A stretch of 62,788 nt of DNA, filler included, from 7 parts of 7 records of this genome joined end to end with filler, not necessarily neighbours in it, one strand, 5' to 3'; shown: positions 49,149 through 58,798, counted from the first letter of the whole stretch. The notes: generated by a model from the sequence alone, not told the origin. A program made the numbers and translations.

Positions 49149-50339
49149 TTACCTCTCTATCTCTGGCGGGTAGGTATGCAGGGAGACCATCAACCCGGCT
49201 GTATCTGCAATATTTGTATTAATTGCCAGACGTTCCATCAACGTGACGGCGTGTGTATAACTCGGTCCGCGTACATAGACTCTGCGCGGCAGCTCTGTTC
49301 CGTCGGACACCATATAAAAGCCATATTCACCTCGGGTGCACTCGGATTTGTGATAGGTCTGCCCGGCCGGTACTTTCCAATGCAGTACATTGGGGAGCTT
49401 CTTGAAAAAGGGACCTGCAGTCGGCATGCGATCAAGCATCTGTCGAATCAGATCTATGGATTGATACATCTCTTTCAGACGAACCCAGGTTCTGGCATAG
49501 GCGTCGGAACCTGTCTCTGTTACCACATCAAAATCAAGCTGATCATAGATCAGATAGGGATTATCTTTCCTGATATCCCTGGCAACCCCGCAGGCTCTCG
49601 CGTTCGGACCAGTGATGCCGAATTCATCAATCAAATCAGGGGTGATCACACCCAGACCTTTAGCTCGCTTCTTGAACACAGAGTTGTGCATCATAGCTAA
49701 TTCCACATCCTTCAGTACGCCTTCGACCTGTTTCAGCACTGCTTCAACATGGTCTCCATACCCTTCAGGGAGGTCGGCACGCACCCCGCCGGGGATGATG
49801 TACATGTGATAGATTCTTCCGCCGCTCAACTCCTCAAACAGGTCAAGCATGTAGTCACGCATGGTTACGGTCCACTGCCCGATCGTCCCCATACCGAAAG
49901 CGCCGGCCTGTCCACCGATCCACATCAGGAAGGAGGTGAGTCTTGCCATCTCTAATGTCAGGGCTCTGAGCCATTGTGCCTTTTCTGGTACTTCCACACC
50001 GGCCAGCTCCTCAACACAAGCCGCAAAGAGGTGTTCGTTAAAATCGGGTTCCGGTACACATATTCGGCATACGAGCGGAAAGCACTGGATATATTTCCGT
50101 CTTTCCATCAACTTCTCGAAACCTCGATGCAGATACCCTACATGGGTTTTGCAGTCCACAATTTCATCTCCGCTGATCGTTAACTCCAGCGACATGTTGC
50201 CGGTTATTCCCGGGTGCTGGGGACCCTGCCATACTTTCAGATATTTTCCGGAGGAGAGATTATAATCGCTCTTTACGCTAAACCCGTCTTTGCTAACGGG
50301 AGGAAATTTGTCTCTTTGCCTGTTTTTCGCTTCTACCAT
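49149..50339 (-). CDS. NuoD / hydrogenase large subunit homolog (MbxL/MbsL-like)
   Basis: GPQHP, GYLHRGFEK, CRICVPEPD, GPNARA, ECTRGE, RGPS; C-terminus SLHTYPPEIER lacks the Ni-binding DPCxxC. Confidence 0.9.
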   Translation of the reverse strand: MVEAKNRQRDKFPPVSKDGFSVKSDYNLSSGKYLKVWQGPQHPGITGNMSLELTISGDEIVDCKTHVGYLHRGFEKLMERRKYIQCFPLVCRICVPEPDFNEHLFAACVEELAGVEVPEKAQWLRALTLEMARLTSFLMWIGGQAGAFGMGTIGQWTVTMRDYMLDLFEELSGGRIYHMYIIPGGVRADLPEGYGDHVEAVLKQVEGVLKDVELAMMHNSVFKKRAKGLGVITPDLIDEFGITGPNARACGVARDIRKDNPYLIYDQLDFDVVTETGSDAYARTWVRLKEMYQSIDLIRQMLDRMPTAGPFFKKLPNVLHWKVPAGQTYHKSECTRGEYGFYMVSDGTELPRRVYVRGPSYTHAVTLMERLAINTNIADTAGLMVSLHTYPPEIER

Positions 50340-50881
50340 GTCTCTGCCTCACTGGGATAGAGTTTTTCTTTCATATACTCCTGGGTATCGTGTGTTACAC
50401 GGCCCGGTCTTGGAAAATAGGTTTTTTCCGAATATTCTTTCGTATCAAAATCGCGCCGCATGGGTGGAATATCTTCCCATCCCTCAAGAATGAAACTGTC
50501 ATCGATACCCGGACTTCCGGGAAAATCGATACCATACATCTCTTTCAGTTCCCGCTGGTAGGTTGCCGCGTGCGGCCACAGGTGATGCATCGATTCCATG
50601 ACGGCATCTTCGCGGGAAATATCAACCTGAACACCCAAATCATGATGAGCTTCATAGTCATGCACCATGCAGGTCAGGCGAAACAGTCCATCTTCAATAA
50701 AGTCCACTGCTGTGAAAAAGACGAGGTGGGTATAGCGTTCTCTGTCCCTGAGATTGGTAATGAAGGCCACGGCCTGGGAAGCCGGAACCTTGACGAAGGC
50801 CAGGTCCTCGCGTGAAACTTCCAGTTGAGAGACAGAAAATCGATCCTGCCACTCGGAAAACCTGTTCTGAATAGTATTCAT
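50333..50881 (-). CDS. NuoC-like subunit (MbxK/MbsK-like)
   Basis: TAVDF, LWPHAATYQRELKEMYGIDFPG, PPMRRDF. Confidence 0.9.
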   Translation of the reverse strand: MNTIQNRFSEWQDRFSVSQLEVSREDLAFVKVPASQAVAFITNLRDRERYTHLVFFTAVDFIEDGLFRLTCMVHDYEAHHDLGVQVDISREDAVMESMHHLWPHAATYQRELKEMYGIDFPGSPGIDDSFILEGWEDIPPMRRDFDTKEYSEKTYFPRPGRVTHDTQEYMKEKLYPSEAETW

Positions 50882-50903
50882 ATAACTTAATCTCCTTGCG
50901 TTT

Positions 50904-51019
50904 CGGCCAGTCGGTCTGCCAGTCTATCGGCTTATCAACCGGTTGGTCTGTCAGTCGGTCAATCTATCGACCTATCAGTCTTTCAGCCTGTTAGACAATC
51001 GGTCTTTCAGCCAGTCGGC
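50904..51019. repeat. Degenerate period-4 array (29 tetramers, mostly C-N-R-Y) between the nuoB-like and nuoC-like genes
   Basis: cggc cagt cggt ctgc cagt ctat cggc ttat caac cggt tggt ctgt cagt cggt caat ctat cgac ctat cagt cttt cagc ctgt taga caat cggt cttt cagc cagt cggc. Confidence 0.8.
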
Positions 51020-51026
51020 CGCTACC

Positions 51027-51683
51027 CTACCAGTTGTAATCCGGCATATTCCAATCTTTGATTATTTGTTTCTGGTTCTCTTTGTACCAGTCAAAATTCT
51101 CTACATACTTGTTCATACCCTCACACTTGCCTTCGCGTATCATCTGCTTGAGTTGATTGAATCCAGCCAGCAAGGCTTCAGGTCTCGGCATACAGCCGGC
51201 AATGTAGACATCGACCGGAATATAGTGATCGAGCCTGTTTATGGTATTGTAGCTGTCCCAGTACATACCGCCGTTGACCGTGCAGCTTCCCAGTCCAAGC
51301 ACGAACTTCGGTCCCTGCATCTGCTCATAGCTGCGAACAATTCTCTTTGCTGTTTTTACAGACGCGTATCCACCGATAACAAACACACAGGCCTGTCTTG
51401 GGGTCGGGCGAGGCTGAATACCGTAGCGATACATATCGTAACGGGAGGTCATCAGGGGACGCAGCTCGATAGCTCCGCATCCGGTGCCGAATCCGAGAAT
51501 CCATAATGACTGGGACCTGGCCCAATTGGCAAATTTTTCCAGAATACCCCTATAGGGTTCCACCGCGTGGGGCCGCACATCACAAAAGTAGGCTTTATCA
51601 CGCTCGGTAAGCCCGTCGTTTGCCAATTTCATTTGTGCGGTTATGTCATCAATCTGTCTATTGTTGTTTTCTTTTTCCGCCAT
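51027..51683 (-). CDS. NuoB-like Fe-S subunit (MbxJ/MbsJ-like)
   Basis: WARSQSLW, GTGCGAIE, PRQA, YEQMQGPKFV, GSCTVNGG, PVDVYIAGCMPRPEA. Confidence 0.92.
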   Translation of the reverse strand: MAEKENNNRQIDDITAQMKLANDGLTERDKAYFCDVRPHAVEPYRGILEKFANWARSQSLWILGFGTGCGAIELRPLMTSRYDMYRYGIQPRPTPRQACVFVIGGYASVKTAKRIVRSYEQMQGPKFVLGLGSCTVNGGMYWDSYNTINRLDHYIPVDVYIAGCMPRPEALLAGFNQLKQMIREGKCEGMNKYVENFDWYKENQKQIIKDWNMPDYNW

Positions 51684-51695
51684 ATTTCACAGCTC

Positions 51696-52610
51696 CTATA
51701 TCATCTGCAGCACAACTGCCGCAATTCCTATCAATGTCGGGATACCCAGGAAAAACCGTATCGATTGATCCGTTCTGAAGCGGGGAAAACTTGCTCCCAC
51801 AATTACGGTATAGAGGTAAATCAGGAAGGTTTTCACCACCATTACCAGAATATTTGTCGCGCCTCCGAAAAAGAGGTTCATAAAAAGCACCAGCTTGGCT
51901 CCGTTAAAGATTGCCCGGTTAGTCTGCAGCATACCAAGAAAACTGGACTGCATCTCGGTCGGTGGTCCTATGGGAATTTCCTGCGGGGCGATTACCACGC
52001 TGAAGGGGTTCCCCATGGACATGCCCAGAAACGATATCATACCGGCGATCATGGCAAGAGGATTGGTAAAGGCGACCCAGTTGAGGATACCGCCCTGCTG
52101 GGCAGCCACGATTTCAGTAATTGAGAGCGTTCCGTATTGAGACGCTATGGCGATTACCGATAACGCGAACGGAACCTCAAAAGCCGTCATCTGCGCTAAA
52201 CCGCGGGCTACACCGATAGGGCTGTAGGGATGTCCGCTCTGCCCGGCTCCCAGGGCCATTCCCAGCTGACCGAAAAATATGAAATACATGACCAACAGTA
52301 AATCTCCCGAAAAGGAGAAGTTGGAAAATACCAGCGAACCATATACAGCCGGAATAAACAGATATGTTCCCAATCCGCCTGCAAGCCTGAATACCGGTCC
52401 CAGGTAGAACATGACACCGTGCCAGATTCCGGTCCGTTTGAAATTGTTCTTCAGAATATCGATATATGGCTGCCAGACCGGCTGACCTATCCTGCCCTGA
52501 ACTTTGGCCCGTACCCGTGCCATGGTGCCGCCGAGCAGAAGCCCGTAATTAGTAATCACAAAAAGTGATATCAGTGTATATAATGCTTTGAGCAGTATGT
52601 CACGCATCAT
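51696..52610 (-). CDS. NuoH-like membrane subunit (MbxM/MbsM-like)
   Basis: RAKVQGRIG, QPYIDILK, APQEIPIGPPTE, PRFRTDQ. Confidence 0.9.
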   Translation of the reverse strand: MMRDILLKALYTLISLFVITNYGLLLGGTMARVRAKVQGRIGQPVWQPYIDILKNNFKRTGIWHGVMFYLGPVFRLAGGLGTYLFIPAVYGSLVFSNFSFSGDLLLVMYFIFFGQLGMALGAGQSGHPYSPIGVARGLAQMTAFEVPFALSVIAIASQYGTLSITEIVAAQQGGILNWVAFTNPLAMIAGMISFLGMSMGNPFSVVIAPQEIPIGPPTEMQSSFLGMLQTNRAIFNGAKLVLFMNLFFGGATNILVMVVKTFLIYLYTVIVGASFPRFRTDQSIRFFLGIPTLIGIAAVVLQMI

Positions 52611-55600
52611 TAGAAACCCCCTCTCAGCATCAGCAGCACTACGCTGATATACATGATGATCAGCAGAGCATATGTCTGAACATTTCCGCTGTACAGTTTT
52701 CGTACCGATCCGCCGACTGCTTCTACGGCCAATCCTATCCATTTCCAGAAACGAATCACGCCTGCACTATCCAGGAACCCAAGAGCTTTCCGGTAATGGG
52801 AAAAGAAGTTGTAGGCATAGTGGGTTGTCTCCGGTGTATGTGGTCTTTCAGATGCAAATACGATATTGAACTGACCCACTTTCTGGGTGTGTTTTCGCTG
52901 TACAATCAGCATCCAGATCAGCGGTATCATAAAGACACCCATCGTTACATACATGACCGCATTACCGTTCCAGTATCCAAGTGTTGAAATAACTGTGTAG
53001 CCTTCCCAGACGATATCGCCGCTGAAATAGGGGGCAATTGCCTGCTGCAGCAGTTTCAGCAGCAGATTGGGGTACATGGAAATCAGCATGATGCCGATTA
53101 TTCCCACAAATTGGGGGATCAGATACCAGATTGATGCTTCTTTCACTTCCCTGAATTCATCTTTAAGCTGCCCTAGGAAAATGGTATGAATCAGCCTGAA
53201 CAGATAGAGAAATGCCACTCCCGATGCAAACATGGCAACACCTGCCTGCAGGTACCAGCCTTTCTCTATTAAAGCGCTGTAGAGCATCCACTTTGCGCCG
53301 AACCCGGTAAGAGGCGGAACTCCGGAGAGCGCGATAATGGCAATCAGTACGGTAAAAAAGCTGACAGGCATGCGGGAGATAAGTCCTCCCATCTGATACA
53401 TCATGCGTGTCTTCGTTCTTGACAGAACGCCGGCTATGGCGACAAAGAGCATTCCTTTATAGAACAGGTGAGTTACCGCAAGGTACATGCTGTTCATCCA
53501 TCCCAGCTGCGACATAAGCGCAAAAGAGAGCAGCATATAACCGACTTGTCCCATGGAGGAGTAAGCCAGGGTATACTTAATGTCTTCCTTGAAAAGCGCC
53601 AGAAAAGCTCCTGCCAAAGCCGTAATTGCTCCAATCCAACCCAGCAGTGATGCTAGGGATACTCCGGTAAACAGAGCAGTCAGCGCGTTGCCGGAAGCTG
53701 CTCCGGATATTTCACCGGATCCCGGAATAAGTTCAGCTGAAAACAGCATGGCCGTCATAAACAGCATGAACAATCCCGCTTTACTGAGAACTGTGGAGAA
53801 AAAGGTCGAAATATCATCATCGGCTTCAGCGTAGCTGCCCGGCAGCCAGATATGCAGACCCAGGGAACCCATCTTTATCAGGAATCCCAAACCAAGCAGA
53901 ATAACCGCAAGTGTACCATTTTGTGCGCTGGAGAATGCTGCAACACTGAACTCCGCGCTGCCGCTTATGGCTAATCCCATAAGAATCAGAAAAGCCCCCG
54001 CCAGCGAGAAAAGGATATACCTCAGGGATGCCCCTGAGGCGTTTTTCCCGCGTGTTATCAGAAAGAATGATGAGACCGTCATGATTTCCCATGTGAGGAA
54101 AAAGCCCAGACTGCTGTCAAACAGCATCAGGTTTCCGAGTGAGATTGTCATAGCTGTCAGCATCCCGATTAGTCCGGGGTGTCTGCCGCTGCGATTCATC
54201 AGCGAAAACATTTGATAGGCCGATCCGCCGACAAACAGCAGACCGAAAACCAGCTCTATACCCTCGAGGTTGGGGATAATCAGTATTCCATATACAGCAA
54301 CAGCCGCAATTCCGATTAAGACTTGAATCTTTACCGGGACTCTGATCAGATCCAGCACTGTGAATCCGGCCAGTGCCGCCAGCGGCAGCAGAAGTACATA
54401 TTCACTCCCGCCGCCTGTACCGCTTCCGGACAGCAAAGTCAGAGCGGCCGTTACACCACCGGCAGTCAGCAGAATAGCCGCGATTACCGGTGAGAACAGC
54501 GAAGCTTTTCCCGACATGTGCATATCTGCGGCTGATAGTGTCGGCTGTGATTCAGCTTTAACGGAAGCCGCGGGCATATCGAAATCATTTGGAATTATTT
54601 CATCATGAATATCTCCGCTGTCTTTACGGTTTTTTATCAACTGAATAAACCAGCGCAGCAGATACCAGGCCTCAATCAAAGATGCCGCCAGAATCACCGC
54701 TGCCAGTACAAGCTTTCCATGATAGACCAGCGCGCCGATCAGCAAAAATTTAGCCCAGAAGGCGGGAAACGGCGGTAGTCCTGCCAGTGCGGAGACCAGC
54801 ACTCCGGTAATACCGCGTACTCCTGATTTCCTGCGCAGATTTTCCGGAGTATCACTGTGATCTGTTAACTGGTTGCCGAGGATTCCGGATATCCAGAACA
54901 AACCGGCTTTACTGAAGACATGATTAAGGGTAAACAGAATAAGTAACGGGAATATCCCATTTCCATAAGGCCCCAGGAAGGAGAAAACACCCTGCAGATT
55001 AGGCGCGTTGTTCAGCAGCGGGCTGAGCCCGGCTATCATGACCAGTAATCCGATCTGTCCGATGGAAGAGTACCCAAGCATTCTGCGAACTTTGCGCTGT
55101 TTCATAGCCAGCAGCTGTGAAAAGAAGAAAGTAACAGCACCGCTGGCGGCCACAAATCCATACAGCTCTTCACCTGCAATCGGCAGTACTTTATAGAGTA
55201 CGAATAACACTCCTGTAGCGCTGACGGCGCTGGCCATTGCTGAAACACCCGGGGCAGAAGCTTCATATGCATCTGCTCCCCATCCATTGGCTGGAAATGG
55301 TTTTAATTCGACAATGAGTGCCGCAAGCACGAGAAAGAGGGCTGTTAATCCGGCCTTTCCGGCAATTGCACCGGTACCGCCGACTGAGGCTGATGCATAT
55401 GCGATCATACCGTCAATGTTCAAAGTCCCGGTAAGCCGGTAGAGAAAAATTACGCCAATCAGAAACAGTGAAGAGGCTATTCCACCGGCTACCATGTACT
55501 TGAAACCGGCTTCGTATGCTTTTCGGCCACGCGCAAATGAGATCAGGGCGTACACGGCTATTGATGTAATTTCCAGAAATACAAACACATTGAACAGGTC

Positions 55601-55990
55601 GCGTGTGAGCACCAGACCGTTCACCCCTAACAGCATCATTAAAAACAGAATGGGAGATTTGCCTTTCCAGTCCAGCTCTTTTCTCAGCATAAAATAGATA
55701 CCGCCGAGCAGGGCCGCGATGTTGATGATCATGAGAAACAGTGATTCTTCAATTCCCACTTGCAGATTGATGGAGAACGGGGCACGAAACCCAGCTGTCT
55801 GGAAAACTACCGGGCCGCTTTGAGCTGCTGCCAACTGCAGAAACCAAGAAACCGGAACCGCAGCTGCAAAAACCAATACTGCTGAAATCACAATGCGGGA
55901 AAATGTTCTTCCGCCCTTTTCAATAATCGGCAGGAGGAACGCAGAACCGAGAAATACGGCGATCAGGTAGAGAGGGTTAATGCTTACCAT
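52610..55990 (-). CDS. Fused double MrpD/NuoL-M-N-like antiporter subunit (MbxH + MbxH' equivalent)
   Basis: Two complete antiporter modules: DLFNVFVFLEI...EAGFKY...LGYSSIGQIG...GLPPF, and FFLTWE...HIWLPGSYAEA...LAYSSMGQVG...GVPPL. Confidence 0.88.
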   Translation of the reverse strand: MVSINPLYLIAVFLGSAFLLPIIEKGGRTFSRIVISAVLVFAAAVPVSWFLQLAAAQSGPVVFQTAGFRAPFSINLQVGIEESLFLMIINIAALLGGIYFMLRKELDWKGKSPILFLMMLLGVNGLVLTRDLFNVFVFLEITSIAVYALISFARGRKAYEAGFKYMVAGGIASSLFLIGVIFLYRLTGTLNIDGMIAYASASVGGTGAIAGKAGLTALFLVLAALIVELKPFPANGWGADAYEASAPGVSAMASAVSATGVLFVLYKVLPIAGEELYGFVAASGAVTFFFSQLLAMKQRKVRRMLGYSSIGQIGLLVMIAGLSPLLNNAPNLQGVFSFLGPYGNGIFPLLILFTLNHVFSKAGLFWISGILGNQLTDHSDTPENLRRKSGVRGITGVLVSALAGLPPFPAFWAKFLLIGALVYHGKLVLAAVILAASLIEAWYLLRWFIQLIKNRKDSGDIHDEIIPNDFDMPAASVKAESQPTLSAADMHMSGKASLFSPVIAAILLTAGGVTAALTLLSGSGTGGGSEYVLLLPLAALAGFTVLDLIRVPVKIQVLIGIAAVAVYGILIIPNLEGIELVFGLLFVGGSAYQMFSLMNRSGRHPGLIGMLTAMTISLGNLMLFDSSLGFFLTWEIMTVSSFFLITRGKNASGASLRYILFSLAGAFLILMGLAISGSAEFSVAAFSSAQNGTLAVILLGLGFLIKMGSLGLHIWLPGSYAEADDDISTFFSTVLSKAGLFMLFMTAMLFSAELIPGSGEISGAASGNALTALFTGVSLASLLGWIGAITALAGAFLALFKEDIKYTLAYSSMGQVGYMLLSFALMSQLGWMNSMYLAVTHLFYKGMLFVAIAGVLSRTKTRMMYQMGGLISRMPVSFFTVLIAIIALSGVPPLTGFGAKWMLYSALIEKGWYLQAGVAMFASGVAFLYLFRLIHTIFLGQLKDEFREVKEASIWYLIPQFVGIIGIMLISMYPNLLLKLLQQAIAPYFSGDIVWEGYTVISTLGYWNGNAVMYVTMGVFMIPLIWMLIVQRKHTQKVGQFNIVFASERPHTPETTHYAYNFFSHYRKALGFLDSAGVIRFWKWIGLAVEAVGGSVRKLYSGNVQTYALLIIMYISVVLLMLRGGF

Positions 55991-56343
55991 TTCAACTCCT
56001 TCACCGCGTCAATAGAGAGGCTGCCGCGAGATGTATAGATGCGAATCGCATAACTGAGCATCAGGGCTGTTACAGCCAGACCTATAACGATTGCTGTCAG
56101 TACGAGAGCTGACGGGACAGGATCTACAACCTGACCCACGGCTTCTCCTCTTTGCACAGCCTCATCAAAAATGGGAGCCGTACCATTTTTTACGTATCCT
56201 ATTCCGACCATGATCATATGCACTCCGGTATCCAGCAGGGAGAAACTGATAATCAAACGAAAAATATCCTTTCGAGTCATCAACCCCCAAAATCCAATGA
56301 GGGAGAGAAGAAATCCAATCAATAAAACAAGGCGGGTAATCAT
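55984..56343 (-). CDS. MrpC/MnhC-like subunit
   Basis: DPVPSALVLTAIVIG. Confidence 0.92.
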   Translation of the reverse strand: MITRLVLLIGFLLSLIGFWGLMTRKDIFRLIISFSLLDTGVHMIMVGIGYVKNGTAPIFDEAVQRGEAVGQVVDPVPSALVLTAIVIGLAVTALMLSYAIRIYTSRGSLSIDAVKELKW

Positions 56344-57047
56344 ACGGACCTCCTCATTGCGTCAACAATTCCAGTTAGCTCAGCACCAACTTTTATGCCG
56401 ATTAATGAATAGATAACCGGTATAGCTCCGGCACTGAACACTTGCCCGAATTCTCCTGCCGGCAGAAAGCGCGGATCAAGGAATCCTGCTGCCAACCAGA
56501 GTCCCAGCAGCCCAACGGCAACATATGCCGCTCCGGAGAGCGATTCAGCCCACAGCAGAATTTTGTGACCGATTTCTCTGTCACTTTCCGCAAAGATAAG
56601 GAGGAGAACGGCTGAGGCAATAACTACACCACCCTGAAATCCTCCGCCGGGTGTAAGGTGTCCGTGTACAAAGATGTAAATGCCAAATAGAAAAATAAGC
56701 GGAAAGAGCAAAGCTGCTCCGGTGGAAAGTAGTTCAGACCCTACTCTTCTGCTTTTAGCCCGCTGTTTTCCCGATTTGTCTTTTCGTCCGCTTCTGGTAG
56801 TCAGCAGCATGGTGACCCCGGCGGTCGCGGTAAACAGAACCGTAACTTCACCCAGCGTATCGAGTCCGCGATAGCTGACTACAACAGCTGTTACCAGGTT
56901 GGCTGCTCCCAGTTCGTCGGCCCCTTTCTCTATGTATGCTTCAGCCAGCGGGGTTGTTTGATCTGCATCGGTAAAACCCCAGGCTAATGGATATAATCCA
57001 ACCGCTGCCGCAGCCAGGACCAGAACAATGATAAATCTTTTAATCAT
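56340..57047 (-). CDS. MrpB/MnhB-like subunit
   Basis: NLVTAVVVSYRGLDTLGE, GHLTPGGGFQGG; ATG 57047. Confidence 0.92.
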   Translation of the reverse strand: MIKRFIIVLVLAAAAVGLYPLAWGFTDADQTTPLAEAYIEKGADELGAANLVTAVVVSYRGLDTLGEVTVLFTATAGVTMLLTTRSGRKDKSGKQRAKSRRVGSELLSTGAALLFPLIFLFGIYIFVHGHLTPGGGFQGGVVIASAVLLLIFAESDREIGHKILLWAESLSGAAYVAVGLLGLWLAAGFLDPRFLPAGEFGQVFSAGAIPVIYSLIGIKVGAELTGIVDAMRRSV

Positions 57048-57336
57048 CCGATCCCTCCCCGGCTGCTCTATTTTCCGCGCTGTCAGATTTTCCGGATCGT
57101 CCGGATTCCCGGATTCTTGACCATGCAAAGAGAAAAACAACTGTTGTAAGAGCAGAGCCAATTGCTGCTTCAGTCATGGCGACATCCGGGGCTCCAACTA
57201 TCAGATAGATGATACTGGCCAATAGTGAGACCACTCCGGCGGTAATAATGGCGGAAACTGTGTCTTTCACATAGAGCGCTACAATACCGCCGCCCAGGAT
57301 CAGTACGCCAAGCACTACTAAAAATACCTGACTCAT
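57040..57336 (-). CDS. DUF4040 / MrpA C-terminal-like subunit
   Basis: APDVAMTEAAIG. Confidence 0.9.
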   Translation of the reverse strand: MSQVFLVVLGVLILGGGIVALYVKDTVSAIITAGVVSLLASIIYLIVGAPDVAMTEAAIGSALTTVVFLFAWSRIRESGRSGKSDSAENRAAGEGSDD

Positions 57337-57722
57337 AGCTGTCCTCCTTGTTCCTGTTCAAAAGACTTTTCCTCATCGGATTCAATACCGTCCGCGTCAA
57401 GGTCATCCCGAACTGTTTCATTTCTGTACGCGTCCAGCAGTGGACCTTTACCGATGAAGTGTAATGCCCGCGCCAGAACATGTGATGAGAGCGGGTTTGT
57501 GGTGAAGACAAATATTACAAGGATCAGCAGCTTTCCCCACCATGCTGGATTAGCCAGACCAATTCCAAGCAGAAACAAGAGGCTTCCAAGCGTTGTCGCC
57601 TTTGTGCCTGTCTGCATCCGATTATATGTATCCGGCATCCTGAGAATGCCAATTGCCGCGAGCAGCAGAAAAAGGGCTCCGGCTAATGAGATAAGTGCGC
57701 CTATTACAGCCAGAATTTCCAT
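57333..57722 (-). CDS. MrpG/MnhG-like subunit
   Basis: GILRMPDTYNRMQTGTKATTLG, TNPLSSHVLARA. Confidence 0.92.
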   Translation of the reverse strand: MEILAVIGALISLAGALFLLLAAIGILRMPDTYNRMQTGTKATTLGSLLFLLGIGLANPAWWGKLLILVIFVFTTNPLSSHVLARALHFIGKGPLLDAYRNETVRDDLDADGIESDEEKSFEQEQGGQL

Positions 57723-57983
57723 CTACAACCCCCTTTCCATATAGCGGGCAGCGGCTATTACCCCAAGAAAACTGATAACGCCATAAACGATTGCCACATC
57801 GAGATAAATTACCCGGCTGAAGTAATGTGCCAGGTAAGCAATACCGGACAAAGCAATAATGGTCATGGCATCAAGCGCCACTACCCTGTCACCCAGCTCC
57901 GGGCCCTTAATTATTCTAAAAAACGATATTACAAAAGCTGCAAGCACAATAACGGCTGCCGCGGAAAACAGTATGTCAGCCAA
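57723..57983 (-). CDS. MrpF/MnhF-like subunit
   Basis: RIIKGP..DRVVALD, YLDVA, SFLG. Confidence 0.92.
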   Translation of the reverse strand: MADILFSAAAVIVLAAFVISFFRIIKGPELGDRVVALDAMTIIALSGIAYLAHYFSRVIYLDVAIVYGVISFLGVIAAARYMERGL

Positions 57984-58494
57984 AGATCACCTCCAGATAA
58001 CGTTCAAAATTTGATACGATTTTTCTCGTTGCCGTATCTGCGTCAGCGGCATCAACATATATCCAGTGGATATAGAGACTGTCACCTTTTATATCAACAG
58101 TAATCGTTCCGGGAGTAAGGGTGATGGAATTTGCCAGCATCAACCTTCCCAGCTTTGAAGTCAGTTTCGTTTTCACTTTGACAATTCCGGGTTTGATCGG
58201 TAAAACCGGTTTCACGACTCTGAAGGCAACATCTATATTTGCCCGGAATATCTCAACTATAAGCACAATGATATACATGAGCAGATACAACAGCCGTTTT
58301 GGAGCTAACCCGATCTCTCTATACACCTTTCTGCCCGGCAGCGGCAGAATGACCAACAGAAATGCTACTGCCAATCCCGTATACAAATCCTGCAGGGCAA
58401 AAGGATACATCAATAATATCCAAACCACTGTTAAAACCAGGAATGCTTTCAGGCGGGAAGATAATGTTTCCTTAAAGGAAGAGACTGCTTCCAT
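57976..58494 (-). CDS. MrpE/MnhE-like subunit
   Basis: ANIDVA, IKPGIV, LANSITLTPGT, LYIHW; ATG 58494 after AAGGAG. Confidence 0.92.
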   Translation of the reverse strand: MEAVSSFKETLSSRLKAFLVLTVVWILLMYPFALQDLYTGLAVAFLLVILPLPGRKVYREIGLAPKRLLYLLMYIIVLIVEIFRANIDVAFRVVKPVLPIKPGIVKVKTKLTSKLGRLMLANSITLTPGTITVDIKGDSLYIHWIYVDAADADTATRKIVSNFERYLEVIFG

Positions 58495-58798
58495 ACCCAT
58501 CTCCTTTTCTCCGGTAAAAACCAAAAGCTTTTTTGATGATTAGCTACGTGAATTTGGCAATACCAGTCTTTGTTTATCGATTTAAAATATGTTAAACTGT
58601 TAAAGATGGGATGTCAAGATTTTTCCTTACTGTTTTTATAATTTTTTATCTGTTTAATTAATTCAGTCAGACTGCATTGTGGTAATAATAAAGCAAACGA
58701 AAAAGGCCTATCCAGAAAATCCAGATAGACCTTATATAACGGGAAGCTATACGATTTCACTATTATTGAGGTTCGGTAACTGACCCGAACCAGCTTTT

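Noticed and set aside
49149-50339. Calling the complex a [NiFe] membrane-bound hydrogenase or a canonical complex I
   Set aside because: No C-terminal DPCxxC and no maturation genes; no NuoEFG, and Mrp-type subunits are present.
50943-51506. 187-aa plus-strand ORF covering the period-4 array
   Set aside because: It is antisense to the nuoB-like gene, and its S/Q/L-rich start is just translation of the repeat.
33959-58494. Linking hydG/hydE to the Mbx-like complex as one hydrogenase system
   Set aside because: They lie on different contigs with different composition and promoter types, and HydE/G mature [FeFe] enzymes, not group 4-like complexes.
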